Source: Gemmatimonadota bacterium (GTDB lineage: Bacteria; Gemmatimonadota; Gemmatimonadetes; Gemmatimonadales; GWC2-71-9). From it: DNA of 64,000 nt. Under the pieces are notes generated by a model that was not told the origin of the DNA, searched no databases, and saw only the letters and a list, made by a program, of their open reading frames with translations. The DNA lies in contig SHZU01000001.1 of the NCBI GenBank assembly GCA_009692115.1, positions 68,345 to 132,344 of the forward strand. Reading direction: 5' to 3'. A program made the position numbers and the translations under genes. This document shows, piece by piece, positions 35,566 to 46,500 of the stretch. How positions within the stretch are numbered: the first letter of the stretch is position 1; every line of letters begins with the position of its first letter.

Positions 35566-37419
35566 TCAGTTCGACGCATTGGCCCGAGCCGTAGCCCGGG
35601 CGGTTTTCCTGCGCTCGTTCTGCTGAAGCGCCCGCTTCCGCAAGCGGATCGACGCCGGCGTGACTTCGATCAGCTCGTCATCCTCGATGTACTCGAGGGC
35701 GTACTCCAACGTGATCACCCGGGGCGGCTCCAACACGATGTTGTCGTCGGTGGCCGTGGTCCGCATGTTCGTCAGCTTCTTTTCCTTGGCCACGTTGACG
35801 TCCATGTCCTCGGGCCGGGAATTTTCACCGACGACCATTCCCTCGTACACCGCCTCGCCCGGGGCCACGAACAACTGGGCCCGCTCCTGCAAGTTGGCCA
35901 ACGCAAAGCCAACCGACTCGCCCTCACGGTCCGCCACCAAGACGCCCCGCTTCCGGCCCGCGAGCGGACCCGCCCACGGACCATAGTCGAGGAACCGGTG
36001 GTGCAACGTGCCGGTGCCCCGGGTATCGGTCAGGAACTCCGACCGGTAGCCGAACAAACCACGAGACGGAATCCGGAACACCATCCGGAGGGTGCCCTGG
36101 CCCGGGTTCCGCATTTCCGTCAACTCGGCCCGCCGGGGCCCGAGTTTTTCCATGACGGCGCCCATGAAGCTTTCGGGCACGTCCACCAGCAACTCTTCAT
36201 ACGGCTCGAGGCGTTCGCCGTCGGCGCCCTCTCGGGTAATGACCCGGGGCCGCGACACCTGGAACTCGTACCCTTCGCGCCGCATCGTCTCCATCAAGAT
36301 GCCCAAGTGGAGTTCGCCGCGGCCGCTCACGGCCAGGGTATCCGGCGAATCGGTCTCCTCGACCTTGAGCGCTACGTTCCGCTCCAGTTCTTTGAACAAC
36401 CGGTCCCGCACCTGGCGGCTGGTGACGAACTTCCCTTCCCGGCCGGAGAACGGAGAGTTATTCAGGGAAAAATCGACCGAGATCGTCGGCTCTTCGACCG
36501 CAATACCAAGGAGTCGTTCCGGGCATTCGACCTGGGTCAACGTCTTCCCGATTTCGATCCCGTCAAAGCCCGACACCACCACGATGTCACCGGCCTCAGC
36601 CTCGGGCACTTCGACCCGCGCGAGCCCCTCGAACTGGTACAGTCGAGTGACCCGGCCGCGACCGATGATCTCGTCCGGGGCAACCATGCCGGGCTCGCCC
36701 AATGGAAGGACCGCGACGCTGTCGCCGAGCTTGAGGCGGCCCCGTTCGATCCGCCCGATTCCCAGCCGGCCAAGGAACGAGGAATGATCGAGGGTCGAGA
36801 TCAGCATTTGGAACGGGCCTTCCGGATCGCCGGTTGGCGCCGGAACGTTGGCCACGATTGAATCGAACAACGGACCGAGGGTCGTCCCCGGCTGGTCGAG
36901 TTCGGTCGTCGCGTGTCCATGACGGCTGGAGGTATACAGAAACGGCGCGTCGAGCTGCTCGTGGGTGGCTTCGAGGTCGATAAAGAGTCCGAGGACCTCG
37001 TCGTGCACCCGATACGGCTCCGCGTCGGGTCGGTCGATCTTGTTGATGGCGATGATCGGCTTGAGACCGAGCGCCAGCGCCTTCCGGGTCACGAACCGGG
37101 TCTGGGGCATCGGGCCTTCGGCCGCGTCGACCAGAATCAGCACCCCATCGACCATCCGCAGAATCCGCTCGACTTCACCGCCGAAATCGGCGTGGCCCGG
37201 CGTGTCGACGATGTTGATTTTGGTATCGCCCCAGTGCACCGACGTGTTCTTGGCCAGGATCGTGATACCACGTTCTTTTTCGAGGGGATTGGAGTCCATC
37301 ACCCGCTCTTCGACGTGCTGATTCTCGCGGAAGACCCCCGCTTGGCGGAGCATCTGATCCACCAACGTGGTCTTCCCGTGGTCGACGTGCGCAATGATAG
37401 CAATGTTACGAATCTGCAA
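35566..37419 (-). CDS. typA: Translational GTPase TypA/BipA
   Basis: IAIIAHVDHGKTT (G1), DTPGHADFGGE (G3) and NKIDRP (G4). TTG start at 37419 is preceded by GAAGGGGG. 617 aa. Confidence 0.9.
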   Translation of the reverse strand: MQIRNIAIIAHVDHGKTTLVDQMLRQAGVFRENQHVEERVMDSNPLEKERGITILAKNTSVHWGDTKINIVDTPGHADFGGEVERILRMVDGVLILVDAAEGPMPQTRFVTRKALALGLKPIIAINKIDRPDAEPYRVHDEVLGLFIDLEATHEQLDAPFLYTSSRHGHATTELDQPGTTLGPLFDSIVANVPAPTGDPEGPFQMLISTLDHSSFLGRLGIGRIERGRLKLGDSVAVLPLGEPGMVAPDEIIGRGRVTRLYQFEGLARVEVPEAEAGDIVVVSGFDGIEIGKTLTQVECPERLLGIAVEEPTISVDFSLNNSPFSGREGKFVTSRQVRDRLFKELERNVALKVEETDSPDTLAVSGRGELHLGILMETMRREGYEFQVSRPRVITREGADGERLEPYEELLVDVPESFMGAVMEKLGPRRAELTEMRNPGQGTLRMVFRIPSRGLFGYRSEFLTDTRGTGTLHHRFLDYGPWAGPLAGRKRGVLVADREGESVGFALANLQERAQLFVAPGEAVYEGMVVGENSRPEDMDVNVAKEKKLTNMRTTATDDNIVLEPPRVITLEYALEYIEDDELIEVTPASIRLRKRALQQNERRKTARATARANASN

Positions 37420-37444
37420 AGCTTTAGCCCCCTTCGGCGGGCCA

Positions 37445-37474
37445 TATATAGATCGGGGAGCCGGACCGGCGCAA
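37445..37474 (-). promoter_or_regulatory. Candidate typA promoter
   Basis: The minus strand reads TTGCGC (37474-37469), an 18-nt spacer, then TATATA (37450-37445) in an AT-rich island ccatatatag. Confidence 0.3.
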
Positions 37475-37502
37475 GGAGGAGGCCAAAACCCGCCCGTCCC
37501 CC

Positions 37503-38432
37503 TTAGTGGTGGTGGTGGGCGGGGGCCTCCTGGCTGTGAATCGGCCCGGTCTCCCCCCGACGTAAGCAATCGAGCCCCTCGCAGTGATCCTGGACCTCGA
37601 GCTGAAGGGTCGAATGCTGGATTCCGAGGGCTTTAAGCTCCGCCAGGAGCTGGGTCAGCGCGGCCGGATGGCCTGCCAACTCCGGGACCACCACATGCCC
37701 GCTCATGGCCACCACGCCGCTCGTGACGGTCCAGACGTGGAGATCGTGCACATCCTGCACCCCAGCCACCGCCAAGAGCCGGCTCCGGACCTCGTTCATC
37801 GGAACGTGCGGCGGGGCCGACTCCAGGAGGATTTGGGTGCTCTCCTTGAGGAGCTGCCAGGCCCCGCCCAGGATCAACACCGAGAGCAGGATCGACATGA
37901 TCGGATCGATCAACGTCCAGCCCGTGGACATCACCACCAAGGCCGCGATCAGGGCGCCGACTGAACCCAGGGTGTCGCCAAGCACATGGAGGTAGGCCCC
38001 CCGAATATTGAGGCCGCCATGCCGGTGGGTGTGGAGGAGTCGGAGGCTGGTCACGTTGATCAGGAGGCCCGCCACGGCCGCGGCCAGGAAAATGTCCACC
38101 CGGATCGGCTGAGGGTCGCCGAGCCGGTCGAAGGCCTCGACGATCACGGCCGCCGCAATCCCGATCAGGGCCGCGCCGTTGACCACGGCCGCCAGGATCT
38201 CCATCCGGAGGTACCCGTAGGTCTTCGACGGCGAGGCAGGCTGCCGAACCAGCCAGGCCGTAAACGCCGACAGGGCCAAGGCGGCCACGTCGATCAGCAT
38301 GTGCCCGGCGTCCGCCAACAGCGCCAGGGCGCCACTCACCCAGCCGGCCACCGCCTCGATCACCATGAAGACCGCGGTGAGGATGAGGACGAGGATCAGT
38401 TTCTTGGAGACGGCCTCTCGCTCCAAGGCCAC
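37503..38432 (-). CDS. Cation diffusion facilitator (CDF) family metal efflux transporter
   Basis: Six TM segments. Motifs LLADAGHMLIDV and HVLGDTLGS. His-rich C-terminal end (APAHHHH). The start is taken as GTG 38432; TTG 38426 and TTG 38567 are alternatives. Confidence 0.75.
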   Translation of the reverse strand: MALEREAVSKKLILVLILTAVFMVIEAVAGWVSGALALLADAGHMLIDVAALALSAFTAWLVRQPASPSKTYGYLRMEILAAVVNGAALIGIAAAVIVEAFDRLGDPQPIRVDIFLAAAVAGLLINVTSLRLLHTHRHGGLNIRGAYLHVLGDTLGSVGALIAALVVMSTGWTLIDPIMSILLSVLILGGAWQLLKESTQILLESAPPHVPMNEVRSRLLAVAGVQDVHDLHVWTVTSGVVAMSGHVVVPELAGHPAALTQLLAELKALGIQHSTLQLEVQDHCEGLDCLRRGETGPIHSQEAPAHHHH

Positions 38433-38454
38433 CGGGTGGCTTACGTTGGTACCT

Positions 38455-39798
38455 ATGGAACCTCCCCAAGCCGGGACGCTGTTACTGGGTCTCGCGGCGG
38501 TCTTGGCCCTGATCGGGGCCAACGCTTTCTTTGTGGCGGCGGAATTCGCCCTGGTCGGGGCCCGCAAGACCCGGCTCGACGAAATGGCCCGCGACGGCGA
38601 CCGTAAAGCTATGCTGGCCAGTCGCGTCCATCAATCGCTCGGCCGGTACATCTCCGCCACCCAGCTCGGCATTACCCTCTGCTCCCTCGGCCTGGGCTGG
38701 GTCGGCGAGCCGGCGTTGTCCGGCCTGCTCCTCAAAGCACTTGAGACCTTGCCTGACCGGATCGGCCCGGTCCAGACCGAAACCATTGCCACGGTCCTGA
38801 GCTTCGGGATCATTACCTACACTCTGATCATCCTCGGCGAGTTGATGCCGAAGGCCCTGGCGCTCCGCTACCCGGAAGTCATGGCCAGCTGGATGGCGGC
38901 GCCCCTGATCGGGTTCGCCTGGCTAATGGCGGTGCCGATTCGAATTCTCAACAACACCGCCAACTGGCTCCTCCGGCTGATGGGCATCGAGACCACCGGC
39001 TCCCACGAGCGGCTCCACTCGCCCGAGGAGATCCGGATGCTGGTCGAACAGAGCCAGGAGGGCGGCCAGCTCGGTCCTCAGGACGCCCGGCTCCTCGAAG
39101 GGGTGTTCGAGTTCACCGAAAAGACCGCTCAAGACGTCATGACGCCGCGAACGGAGATCGTGGCCCTCGAAGCGGGGCTCACGGTTGAACAGGCGGCCGA
39201 CATCGTCGCCGCCGCCGGCCGGTCGCGATACCCCGTCCACCTCGACTCCCTCGACGATATTGTCGGCATCGTCCACGCCAAGGACCTCCTCCGGGCGCTC
39301 CGCACCACGCCGGACGCCTCGGTGCGGTCCGTCGCCCGGGCTCCCCACCTGGTCCCGAGCACCCGCGAAGTCGAAGACGTCTTGGCCGACATGAAGCGGC
39401 TCAAGACCCATATGGCCATCGTGATCGACGAGTACGGCGGCACCGCGGGGCTGGTGACCATGGAGGACCTGCTCGAGGAGATCGTCGGGCCGATCTTCGA
39501 CGAACACGACGTCGCCGAACGTTCGGTTCCAGAGGACGGGGCCCCGATGCTCGACGGCTCGATGACGATTTCCGAGTTCAACGCGGCCCACGCCGCCGCC
39601 CTCGACGATACCGACTACACCACGTTAGGTGGCTATCTGTTCGGCCAACTGGGTCGGCTCCCGCAACCCGGCGACCGGGTCACCGCCGGCAATCACGGGT
39701 TCGAAATCGTGGCGATGGAGGGCCGGAGGGTCAAGAAGGTCAAGGTCTCGGCGCCGGGGACGCGAACTACCGACGGGCCAGGCTCGCCGCCAGGGTAA
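38455..39798 (+). CDS. CNNM/HlyC-CorC-family protein (DUF21 TM domain, CBS pair, CorC_HlyC domain)
   Basis: ATG at 38455 (MEPPQAGTLLLGLAAVLALIGANAFFVAAEFAL). A CBS region and a C-terminal ...GFEIVAMEGRRVKKVKV. Confidence 0.8.
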   Translation: MEPPQAGTLLLGLAAVLALIGANAFFVAAEFALVGARKTRLDEMARDGDRKAMLASRVHQSLGRYISATQLGITLCSLGLGWVGEPALSGLLLKALETLPDRIGPVQTETIATVLSFGIITYTLIILGELMPKALALRYPEVMASWMAAPLIGFAWLMAVPIRILNNTANWLLRLMGIETTGSHERLHSPEEIRMLVEQSQEGGQLGPQDARLLEGVFEFTEKTAQDVMTPRTEIVALEAGLTVEQAADIVAAAGRSRYPVHLDSLDDIVGIVHAKDLLRALRTTPDASVRSVARAPHLVPSTREVEDVLADMKRLKTHMAIVIDEYGGTAGLVTMEDLLEEIVGPIFDEHDVAERSVPEDGAPMLDGSMTISEFNAAHAAALDDTDYTTLGGYLFGQLGRLPQPGDRVTAGNHGFEIVAMEGRRVKKVKVSAPGTRTTDGPGSPPG

Positions 39799-40681
39799 CG
39801 GCCTGGCGCATACTGGCCGGGTTCGCGACATCCTGGCCCGCGATGTCGAAGGCGGTTCCGTGGTCGGGAGAGGTTCTCGGAAACGGGAGGCCGAGGGTGA
39901 TGTTCACGCCCTCACCGAAGGCGGCCACCTTGATCGCCGTCATCCCGACGTCGTGATAGGGGGCAAGCACGGCATCGAATTCTCCCCGCATGGCTCGGAC
40001 AAAGACCGTGTCGGCCGGAAGCGGGCCCGCGGCGCCGAGCGCCCGGGCGGCCGGCGCCAGGATGCGGGCCTCCTCGTCGCCAAATAGCCCCTGCTCCCCG
40101 GCATGGGGGTTGAGGGCACAGAGGGCGAGCTTCGGTTCCTCGATCCCAAACCAGTCGCGAAGCCCTTTGATCGTCACTTTGCCGGTCCGAACCACCCGGT
40201 CGGTGGTCAGCAGGGCCGGCACGTCTCGAAACGCCACGTGGGTCGTCACCAGGACCACTCGAAGCCGGTCGGCCGCCAGCATCATGGCGACTTCGACATC
40301 GCCCGCGAGGTGAGCCAACCACTCGGTGTGACCGGGATACCGAAAGCCGGCCACATGCAGGGCATGCTTCTCGAGCGGGGCGGTCACGATCGCGTCCACC
40401 TGCCCCGTCATGGCCAACGCCGCAGCCCGTTCAACCGCATGCCCGGCCAGTTGCCCGGCCCGGACCACCCGGGGCCGGTCCTCGGGACGGGCCCCGGACC
40501 CCGCTTTCCATGAGCCCACGGAGACGCGATGATCCGCTGGAATGCCGTTGATTTGGTCGTCGGCGCCGATCAGGGTGATGGAAACCCCGGTCAGACCGAC
40601 CAGGGCTTTGGCGACGATCTCCGGCCCGATGCCCCGCGGATCGCCTAACGTGACGGCGAGGCGGGCGGGCCCGGGGGTCAC
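39767..40681 (-). CDS. pdxA: 4-hydroxythreonine-4-phosphate dehydrogenase
   Basis: Motifs LAVTLGDPRGIGPEIV, LNPHAGE and SPDHGTAFDIAG. The GTG start overlaps the upstream TGA (GTGA). Confidence 0.85.
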   Translation of the reverse strand: MTPGPARLAVTLGDPRGIGPEIVAKALVGLTGVSITLIGADDQINGIPADHRVSVGSWKAGSGARPEDRPRVVRAGQLAGHAVERAAALAMTGQVDAIVTAPLEKHALHVAGFRYPGHTEWLAHLAGDVEVAMMLAADRLRVVLVTTHVAFRDVPALLTTDRVVRTGKVTIKGLRDWFGIEEPKLALCALNPHAGEQGLFGDEEARILAPAARALGAAGPLPADTVFVRAMRGEFDAVLAPYHDVGMTAIKVAAFGEGVNITLGLPFPRTSPDHGTAFDIAGQDVANPASMRQAVTLAASLARR

Positions 40682-42015
40682 AGCGGGCGGAACTCCACGA
40701 ACGTGGCATGACGAAGCCGGTCCAAATGCTTCCGGCGGCCCAGGATCGTGGCCAGCCGGTTCCGGATCTGATCGCGGACGTCCTCAAACCGGGTTTCGCC
40801 GGCGGGGATCCGATTGGTGACCTGCACCACCGCAAATTTGGCCCGGTTCGGGTCGGGCGAGTCGAGCCGGAACAGCGGCGCCAACTCATCTTGTTTGACA
40901 TCCCGCAGGGCCTCGGCGTACGGGGGCGCCTGCCGCGCGAGTTGGTCGAGCGGCAACTGGTTGACCTCCCGCTCCTCGATCTTATCGTGGTAGAGCCGCT
41001 GCAGGCTGTCGAACGATGCGCCCGCCTTGATGGCGACGTACACCGCCTCGCTGACCCGGCGGGCGCTATCGGCGTTGGTCGAATCGATGGCCGGACTGAT
41101 CAAGATGTGCCGGACCGACACCTCGGCGGGTTGGACCCGCTCAACTTGGATTAAATGAAATCCGAACGACGACTCGACTGGATCGGAAATCTGGCCGGGC
41201 CGAAGCGAAAAGGCCGCTTCCTCGAATTTGGGATCATACCCTTGACCCCGGCGGATCCAGTTGAGCGATCCACCCTGTTCCTTGGTCCCGGGGTCCATCG
41301 AAAAGCGCTTGGCCGCGACGGCGAAATCAGCGCCCTTCCGGAGTTCTACCAGAATCGAGTCGGCAATCCGAACCGCAACGATCTTGGCCGAGTCGCTGGC
41401 CTTCGGGCCGACGATGACTTGACGGAACGAAATCCCTTCCGAGCGCGGGGCAAACGAGGATTTGTTCTGGTCGTAGTACTGGCGAACCTCGTTGTCCGTC
41501 GGCGGGAGGTCCTTGATCTTCTGGCTTTGGTTCAGCCGCTGCCAAAACCGGTCGCTCAAGAACTTCCGCCGCTGCTGGTCGGAACTGTAACTCCGCCACT
41601 CCTCGAGGGTCTGGAACCCGGCCTTCTGGAGGTCAGCCCGAAACTGTTCTTCCGAATTGAATTTGCGCCGAATGTTGCGATAGAGTTCGTCGACCGACTG
41701 GGTCACCTCTTCGTCCGTGACCTTGATCATCGTATCGCGTTGGGCCTCTTGCACCACCAACTCGTCGTCGACCAGCGACGACCGAATCGTCTCCAACAAC
41801 TGCCGGAGGAGTTTGGGATCCTTGGGTGCTTCCCGGCCTTGGAGCTCGGTGTACAACCGCTCCTGCAACTGGGTCGACAGCATGGCCTTGGTGCCCACGA
41901 CCGCCACAATCCGATCGAGGGCATCCGTGGTATCTCTGGTTTGGGCCCCTGCCGGGGCCGGGGTCAGCATCACAACCGCCGCCACCCCGGCCGATCCCAT
42001 CGCCTTGAACAACAT
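40678..42015 (-). CDS. surA: SurA-like periplasmic chaperone / parvulin PPIase
   Basis: Signal peptide MLFKAMGSAGVAAVVMLTPAPAGAQ. SurA_N-like region and parvulin motif SSFGFHLIQV. The surA-pdxA order is conserved. Confidence 0.7.
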   Translation of the reverse strand: MLFKAMGSAGVAAVVMLTPAPAGAQTRDTTDALDRIVAVVGTKAMLSTQLQERLYTELQGREAPKDPKLLRQLLETIRSSLVDDELVVQEAQRDTMIKVTDEEVTQSVDELYRNIRRKFNSEEQFRADLQKAGFQTLEEWRSYSSDQQRRKFLSDRFWQRLNQSQKIKDLPPTDNEVRQYYDQNKSSFAPRSEGISFRQVIVGPKASDSAKIVAVRIADSILVELRKGADFAVAAKRFSMDPGTKEQGGSLNWIRRGQGYDPKFEEAAFSLRPGQISDPVESSFGFHLIQVERVQPAEVSVRHILISPAIDSTNADSARRVSEAVYVAIKAGASFDSLQRLYHDKIEEREVNQLPLDQLARQAPPYAEALRDVKQDELAPLFRLDSPDPNRAKFAVVQVTNRIPAGETRFEDVRDQIRNRLATILGRRKHLDRLRHATFVEFRPL

Positions 42016-42031
42016 CGAGATTCCTTACTCG

Positions 42032-43471
42032 TTACGGCTTCGCCGGCTCGCCGATCGGCGGTCCGCCCGGAGCCTGCTGAATCGGGGCCGGAGCACCCGG
42101 CTGCCCACCCTTCGCGGCCGCGGCGGCTGAGTCGCGCCGGAATTGCGCGGTGGCCAACTCGACGGCGCGGGCAACACCGGCCTGGTTCACCTTGCCGCCA
42201 CCGGTCGCCCGGAGATGATCTCCGAGTTCCGGCAAGACCACCTGCATCTGGGCTTTGCCGTCGAGCAGCCGGGCAAAGAACTCCTCGACCTTGTCGGAGG
42301 CGACCTTGGACTTGTCGGCCGCCGACAGCTTCGATTCAGCGCCCAACTCCGGCACCCCAAGTCCGAGCTCGGTCCGGAGCTGCTCGACCGACCGGGTGTA
42401 CCGCATCTGGGCAAACTGGCGCATCTGGGGCTGGACCTGGAGCCCGGCCGAGTCGGCCGCCTTGACCAAGATCGTCCGAACCGCGAGGTCCTTGGCGAAC
42501 TCGTTGAGCAAGCTGTCGGGGGCGTTCCGGATCTGCATCTTGGCCTGAAGCGGAAACATCGCCGTCCATTTGACGAAGTCGCCCACCGTCAGGTCGCCTC
42601 CCTTGATCGACACCAACGTCCGGTTCGACTTCCGGACATCTTCGGGGTAGGCCGCGGCCGACTTCATGGCCGCCGGCCCGCCGCCGGCCACCTTGATCCC
42701 GTACGCCGCCGTCAGTTCCGCGATGTAGAGCGAGTCGGTTTTGCCGGCGGTCTCTTCGGTCAGCTTGGCTTGGATCCGGGACCGCGCTTCATCGAGCGTC
42801 GGGCGGCGGATGATGTGGAAGCCAAACTGGCTCTTGACCACGCCGCTCATCTCTCCCGGCTGGAGGTTCCAGGCCACATCGTCGAATTCCTTGACGAACT
42901 GACCGCGCGGACCAAACGGGAGATAGCCCTGGTCGGTCTTGCTGCCGTCGCCACTGATCTGGGCCGCGAGCTGGCCGAAGTCGGCCCCGCCGCGGAGTTT
43001 GCCCAGGGCATCGTCGGCCTGCTTCTTGGCGGTTGCCGTGTCGGCGGCCGTCGGTCCGGCGGGCATCAGGATGATGTGCTGAACGATCCGGCCTTCGGTG
43101 CCGCTGTACGCGCTGTCGACCGCCCCGGCAGACAAGACCGCCCGGCGGGCCCGCACCGAATCCTGCCAGATCCGGGCCCGAGCGGAGGCGTACGTCGGCC
43201 AGAGGACCGCTTCGATACTGGTCGAATCGGTCTTGATCTCGTTCTTCGCAACGGCTTGGGCGAACAACGAGTAGTCGAGCCAGAGATTCGCGATGAACTC
43301 GGCAGCCTGAAGGGTCGGACCGCCCCCCGATTTGCCCATGATCTCGGCCACCCGGGCCGCCGACAACTCGTGGGCCCCTACCAGGGCCGCCACATCCGAC
43401 CGCGCCGCGAACTTGTCGCAACCGGAGAGCAGCACGCCCCCAAGCACGAACCCAGAAACCAAACGCCTCAT
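42032..43471 (-). CDS. Parvulin-type peptidyl-prolyl isomerase lipoprotein (PpiC/PrsA-like)
   Basis: MRRLVSGFVLGGVLLSGC lipobox and rotamase motif SQFGFHIIRR. Confidence 0.7.
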   Translation of the reverse strand: MRRLVSGFVLGGVLLSGCDKFAARSDVAALVGAHELSAARVAEIMGKSGGGPTLQAAEFIANLWLDYSLFAQAVAKNEIKTDSTSIEAVLWPTYASARARIWQDSVRARRAVLSAGAVDSAYSGTEGRIVQHIILMPAGPTAADTATAKKQADDALGKLRGGADFGQLAAQISGDGSKTDQGYLPFGPRGQFVKEFDDVAWNLQPGEMSGVVKSQFGFHIIRRPTLDEARSRIQAKLTEETAGKTDSLYIAELTAAYGIKVAGGGPAAMKSAAAYPEDVRKSNRTLVSIKGGDLTVGDFVKWTAMFPLQAKMQIRNAPDSLLNEFAKDLAVRTILVKAADSAGLQVQPQMRQFAQMRYTRSVEQLRTELGLGVPELGAESKLSAADKSKVASDKVEEFFARLLDGKAQMQVVLPELGDHLRATGGGKVNQAGVARAVELATAQFRRDSAAAAAKGGQPGAPAPIQQAPGGPPIGEPAKP

Positions 43472-43523
43472 GTCAACTCCCGTTCATGGTGTCTTGATGA
43501 CGGATGCCGATGCACCGTCGCGC

Positions 43524-46500
43524 CTATTTGTCGGCTCCCACCTGGCGAAGCGCCCGCACCAGAGCCGGAATGATCTGTTCCCCACCCAACCGAACCAACC
43601 GAAGCGACAGCGGCACTGTCCGGCGAATATCCGCCGCGAGTTGCACATGCTCGAGCGCCGCCGTCAGCCGGGCCATCCGGGGCGTCGTGCCCGCCCGGAA
43701 GCTGACCCGGGCCTCATCGCCCCGAACCAGGATGTGCTGAATGCCGAGGCCGGCCCCGATGACCCGGAGCCTGGTCAGATCGAGGAGATTCTCGGCCGCA
43801 TCCGGCAGGACCCCGAACCGCTCCCGAAGCTCCTGGCGAAGCTCATCAATTTCGTCGGGCCGGGCCGCTCGCGCTAGTCGCCGGTAGATATCCAGCTTGG
43901 AATCGTCATCCGCCACGTACTCGTCCGGGAGCTGCGCTGGCCGGTCGAACACCACATCCGGCGGGACCGGGGTCTCGACGATCCCCCCGCCGGCCCGGAG
44001 CGATTTGACCGTTTCCTCGAGCCACCGGAGGTAGAGATCGAACCCCACGGCATGAGCATGACCCGATTGCTCGCTGCCGAGCAGGTTGCCTGCCCCCCGA
44101 ATCTCGAGGTCCTTGAGCGCAATCCGGTACCCGGCCCCCAGCTCGGTATGGTGCTCGAGCACCTTGAGCCGTTCCTCGGCCTCCTGATCGATCAAATCCG
44201 GGGTCAGGAGGTAGCAGTACGCCCGCCGGTGGCTCCGCCCGACCCGCCCCCGGAGTTGGTACAGCTGGGCCAGACCGAACCGATGGGCGTCATGCACCAC
44301 CATGGTGTTGGCGTTGGGCACATCGAGGCCCGATTCGACGATCATCGTCGACACCAGAATGTCGAGGTCCCCGACCACAAACTTCTGCATCACGGCCTCA
44401 AGGTCGTCAGCCGACATCTGCCCGTGCCCGACCGCCACCCGAGCCCGCGGCGCCAGGGCCCGGACCCGGGCGGCGATGGTCTCGATCGTTTCGATCCGGT
44501 TATGGACCATGAACACTTGCCCACCCCGGTCGAGTTCCCGGGCAAAGGCCTCCTCCAACAGCCCGTCGTCCCACGGCTCGACAAAGGTCAGAATCGGCGA
44601 CCGGTCGCGCGGGGCGGTCTCGATGAGACTCAGGTCCCGGATTCCGGCCAGCGACATGTGCAGGGTCCGGGGTATCGGGGTGGCCGTCAACGTGAGCACA
44701 TCGACCGCCAACTTAATCGCCTTGATCATTTCCTTGTGCTTGACCCCGAACCGGTGTTCCTCGTCGATGACGAGGAGCCCGAGGTCCTTGAACTCGACAT
44801 CCTTGGAGAGCAACCGGTGGGTGCCCACCACGATGTCGATCGTGCCGGCCGCCAGTTCGCCTAACGCCTTCTTCTGCTCCTTCGCGGTCCGGAACCGGGA
44901 GAGCACCTCGACTTTGACCGGGAAGTCGGCCAGCCGTTCGGCGAAGGTCCGCCCGTGCTGCTCCGCCAGCACCGTGGTCGGTACCAAGACCGCCACTTGC
45001 TTGCCGCCCTGCACCGCCTTGAACGCGGCCCGAACGGCGATCTCGGTCTTGCCGTAGCCGACGTCGCCGACCACGAGCCGGTCCATCGGAACCGGGCGTT
45101 CCATGTCCTTCTTCACCTCGTCCGTGGCCCGCCGTTGATCGGGGGTGTCCTCGTACAGAAAGCCCGACTCGAGTTCCCGCTGCCATTTGGTGTCCGGGGG
45201 CGAGGCAAACCCGGCGTTGACCTGGCGCCTGGCATAGAGCTCCAGCAGCTCGGCGGCCATTTGCTGGATCGCTTCGCGGGTTTTATCCCGGACCTTCTTC
45301 CAGGAGCCGCTGCCGAGCCGGTGGATCCGCGGCGGCGGTTGGTCGCCGTCGTCCGAGCCGGAGCGGTAGCGCTCGATCTGGTCGAGCCGGTAGAGCGGCA
45401 CATGTAACCGGTCGCCACCCTCGTACTCGACGATCGCCACTTCGATCGCGCCGCCCTCGACCTCGATCGAGGTGATTCCCCGGTAGATTCCGATTCCGTG
45501 GTCGAGGTGCACCACGTAATCGCCGCTGGCCAACGTGCCGGCCACCACCGTCGGCGCCGCCTGCCGGTACCGGCGGACCCGTCGAAGCCGCCGGGCCCGC
45601 CGGAAAACCTCATGGTCGGTCATGACCCGAAGAGCCGGCATCACGAAGCCGCCATCGAGGGCGCCGACCGCCAGCATCGCGCCGCCCGGCCGCCCGTGCT
45701 CGTCGAGCAACTCGCTCAGCCGCTCGAGCTGGCCTTCGTTATCACAAAGAATCAGGGTGGCGAGCCCGCCGTCGAGGAGGCTCCGAAGCCGCTTGACATC
45801 ACGGTCGATTTTTTCCGGCGGGAAGAACCCGGCTTGGAGATCAACCGGCTCCTCGCAGAGCGTGAGGTGGGCAAACCGGTGGAGGGCGGCGCCCCATTGC
45901 TCAGGCGAGAGAAGAATCTCCGCGCGCGCCGGCGGGTCCTCGCCGAGCCGACGGGCGACCTCGAGATGGTGCTCGGCCTCCCGCCACGCCCGCGCCACTT
46001 CCTCGGCGTTGGAGGTGGAAGAGTCGACGAGGACCAACGTGCCCGTGGGGAGAAGATCGAGTAGCGAACGCCGGACACTGGCCCCGCGATCGGCCGACAC
46101 GGCCGCCGCAACCGTCCGGACCGGCAGGACCGTTACCGCCTCCTGCTCCTCCCCGCTCCGCTGGCTGGTAAGATCGAAGCCCCGGACGCTTTCGATCACA
46201 TCGCCCCACCACTCCGCCCGGACCGGTGTGGCCATCCCGAACCCGTACAGATCGATGATCCCGCCCCGGACGCTGAACTGGGCCACCTCGGTGACGGTCG
46301 GAACCCGGCTATAGCCCATCGACCCCAGTTGTTCGATGACGGCCCGAAGCGACAGAGCGGCCCCCCGAGCGAGTTCGAGCCGGTAGGCAGCCAAGGCCGC
46401 CGGAATGGCGGTCCGCTCCGCCGACGCCCGGGCGGTGGTCACCAAGATCCCGAGCGCCCCCGCGATCAGCGCTTGGAGCGTTTCGGTCCGCTCCCCGGCG

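Noticed and set aside
38433-38567. Longer CDF ORF starting at TTG 38567
   Set aside because: The extra 45 residues are Ala/Arg/Pro-rich with no CDF similarity. They would overlap the CNNM gene by 113 nt. The first TM helix begins right after GTG 38432.
41155-43573. Two long plus-strand ORFs (436 and 476 aa) opposite the surA-like and ppiC genes
   Set aside because: These are shadow ORFs with R/P/G-rich sequence. The minus-strand genes have signal peptides and parvulin motifs.
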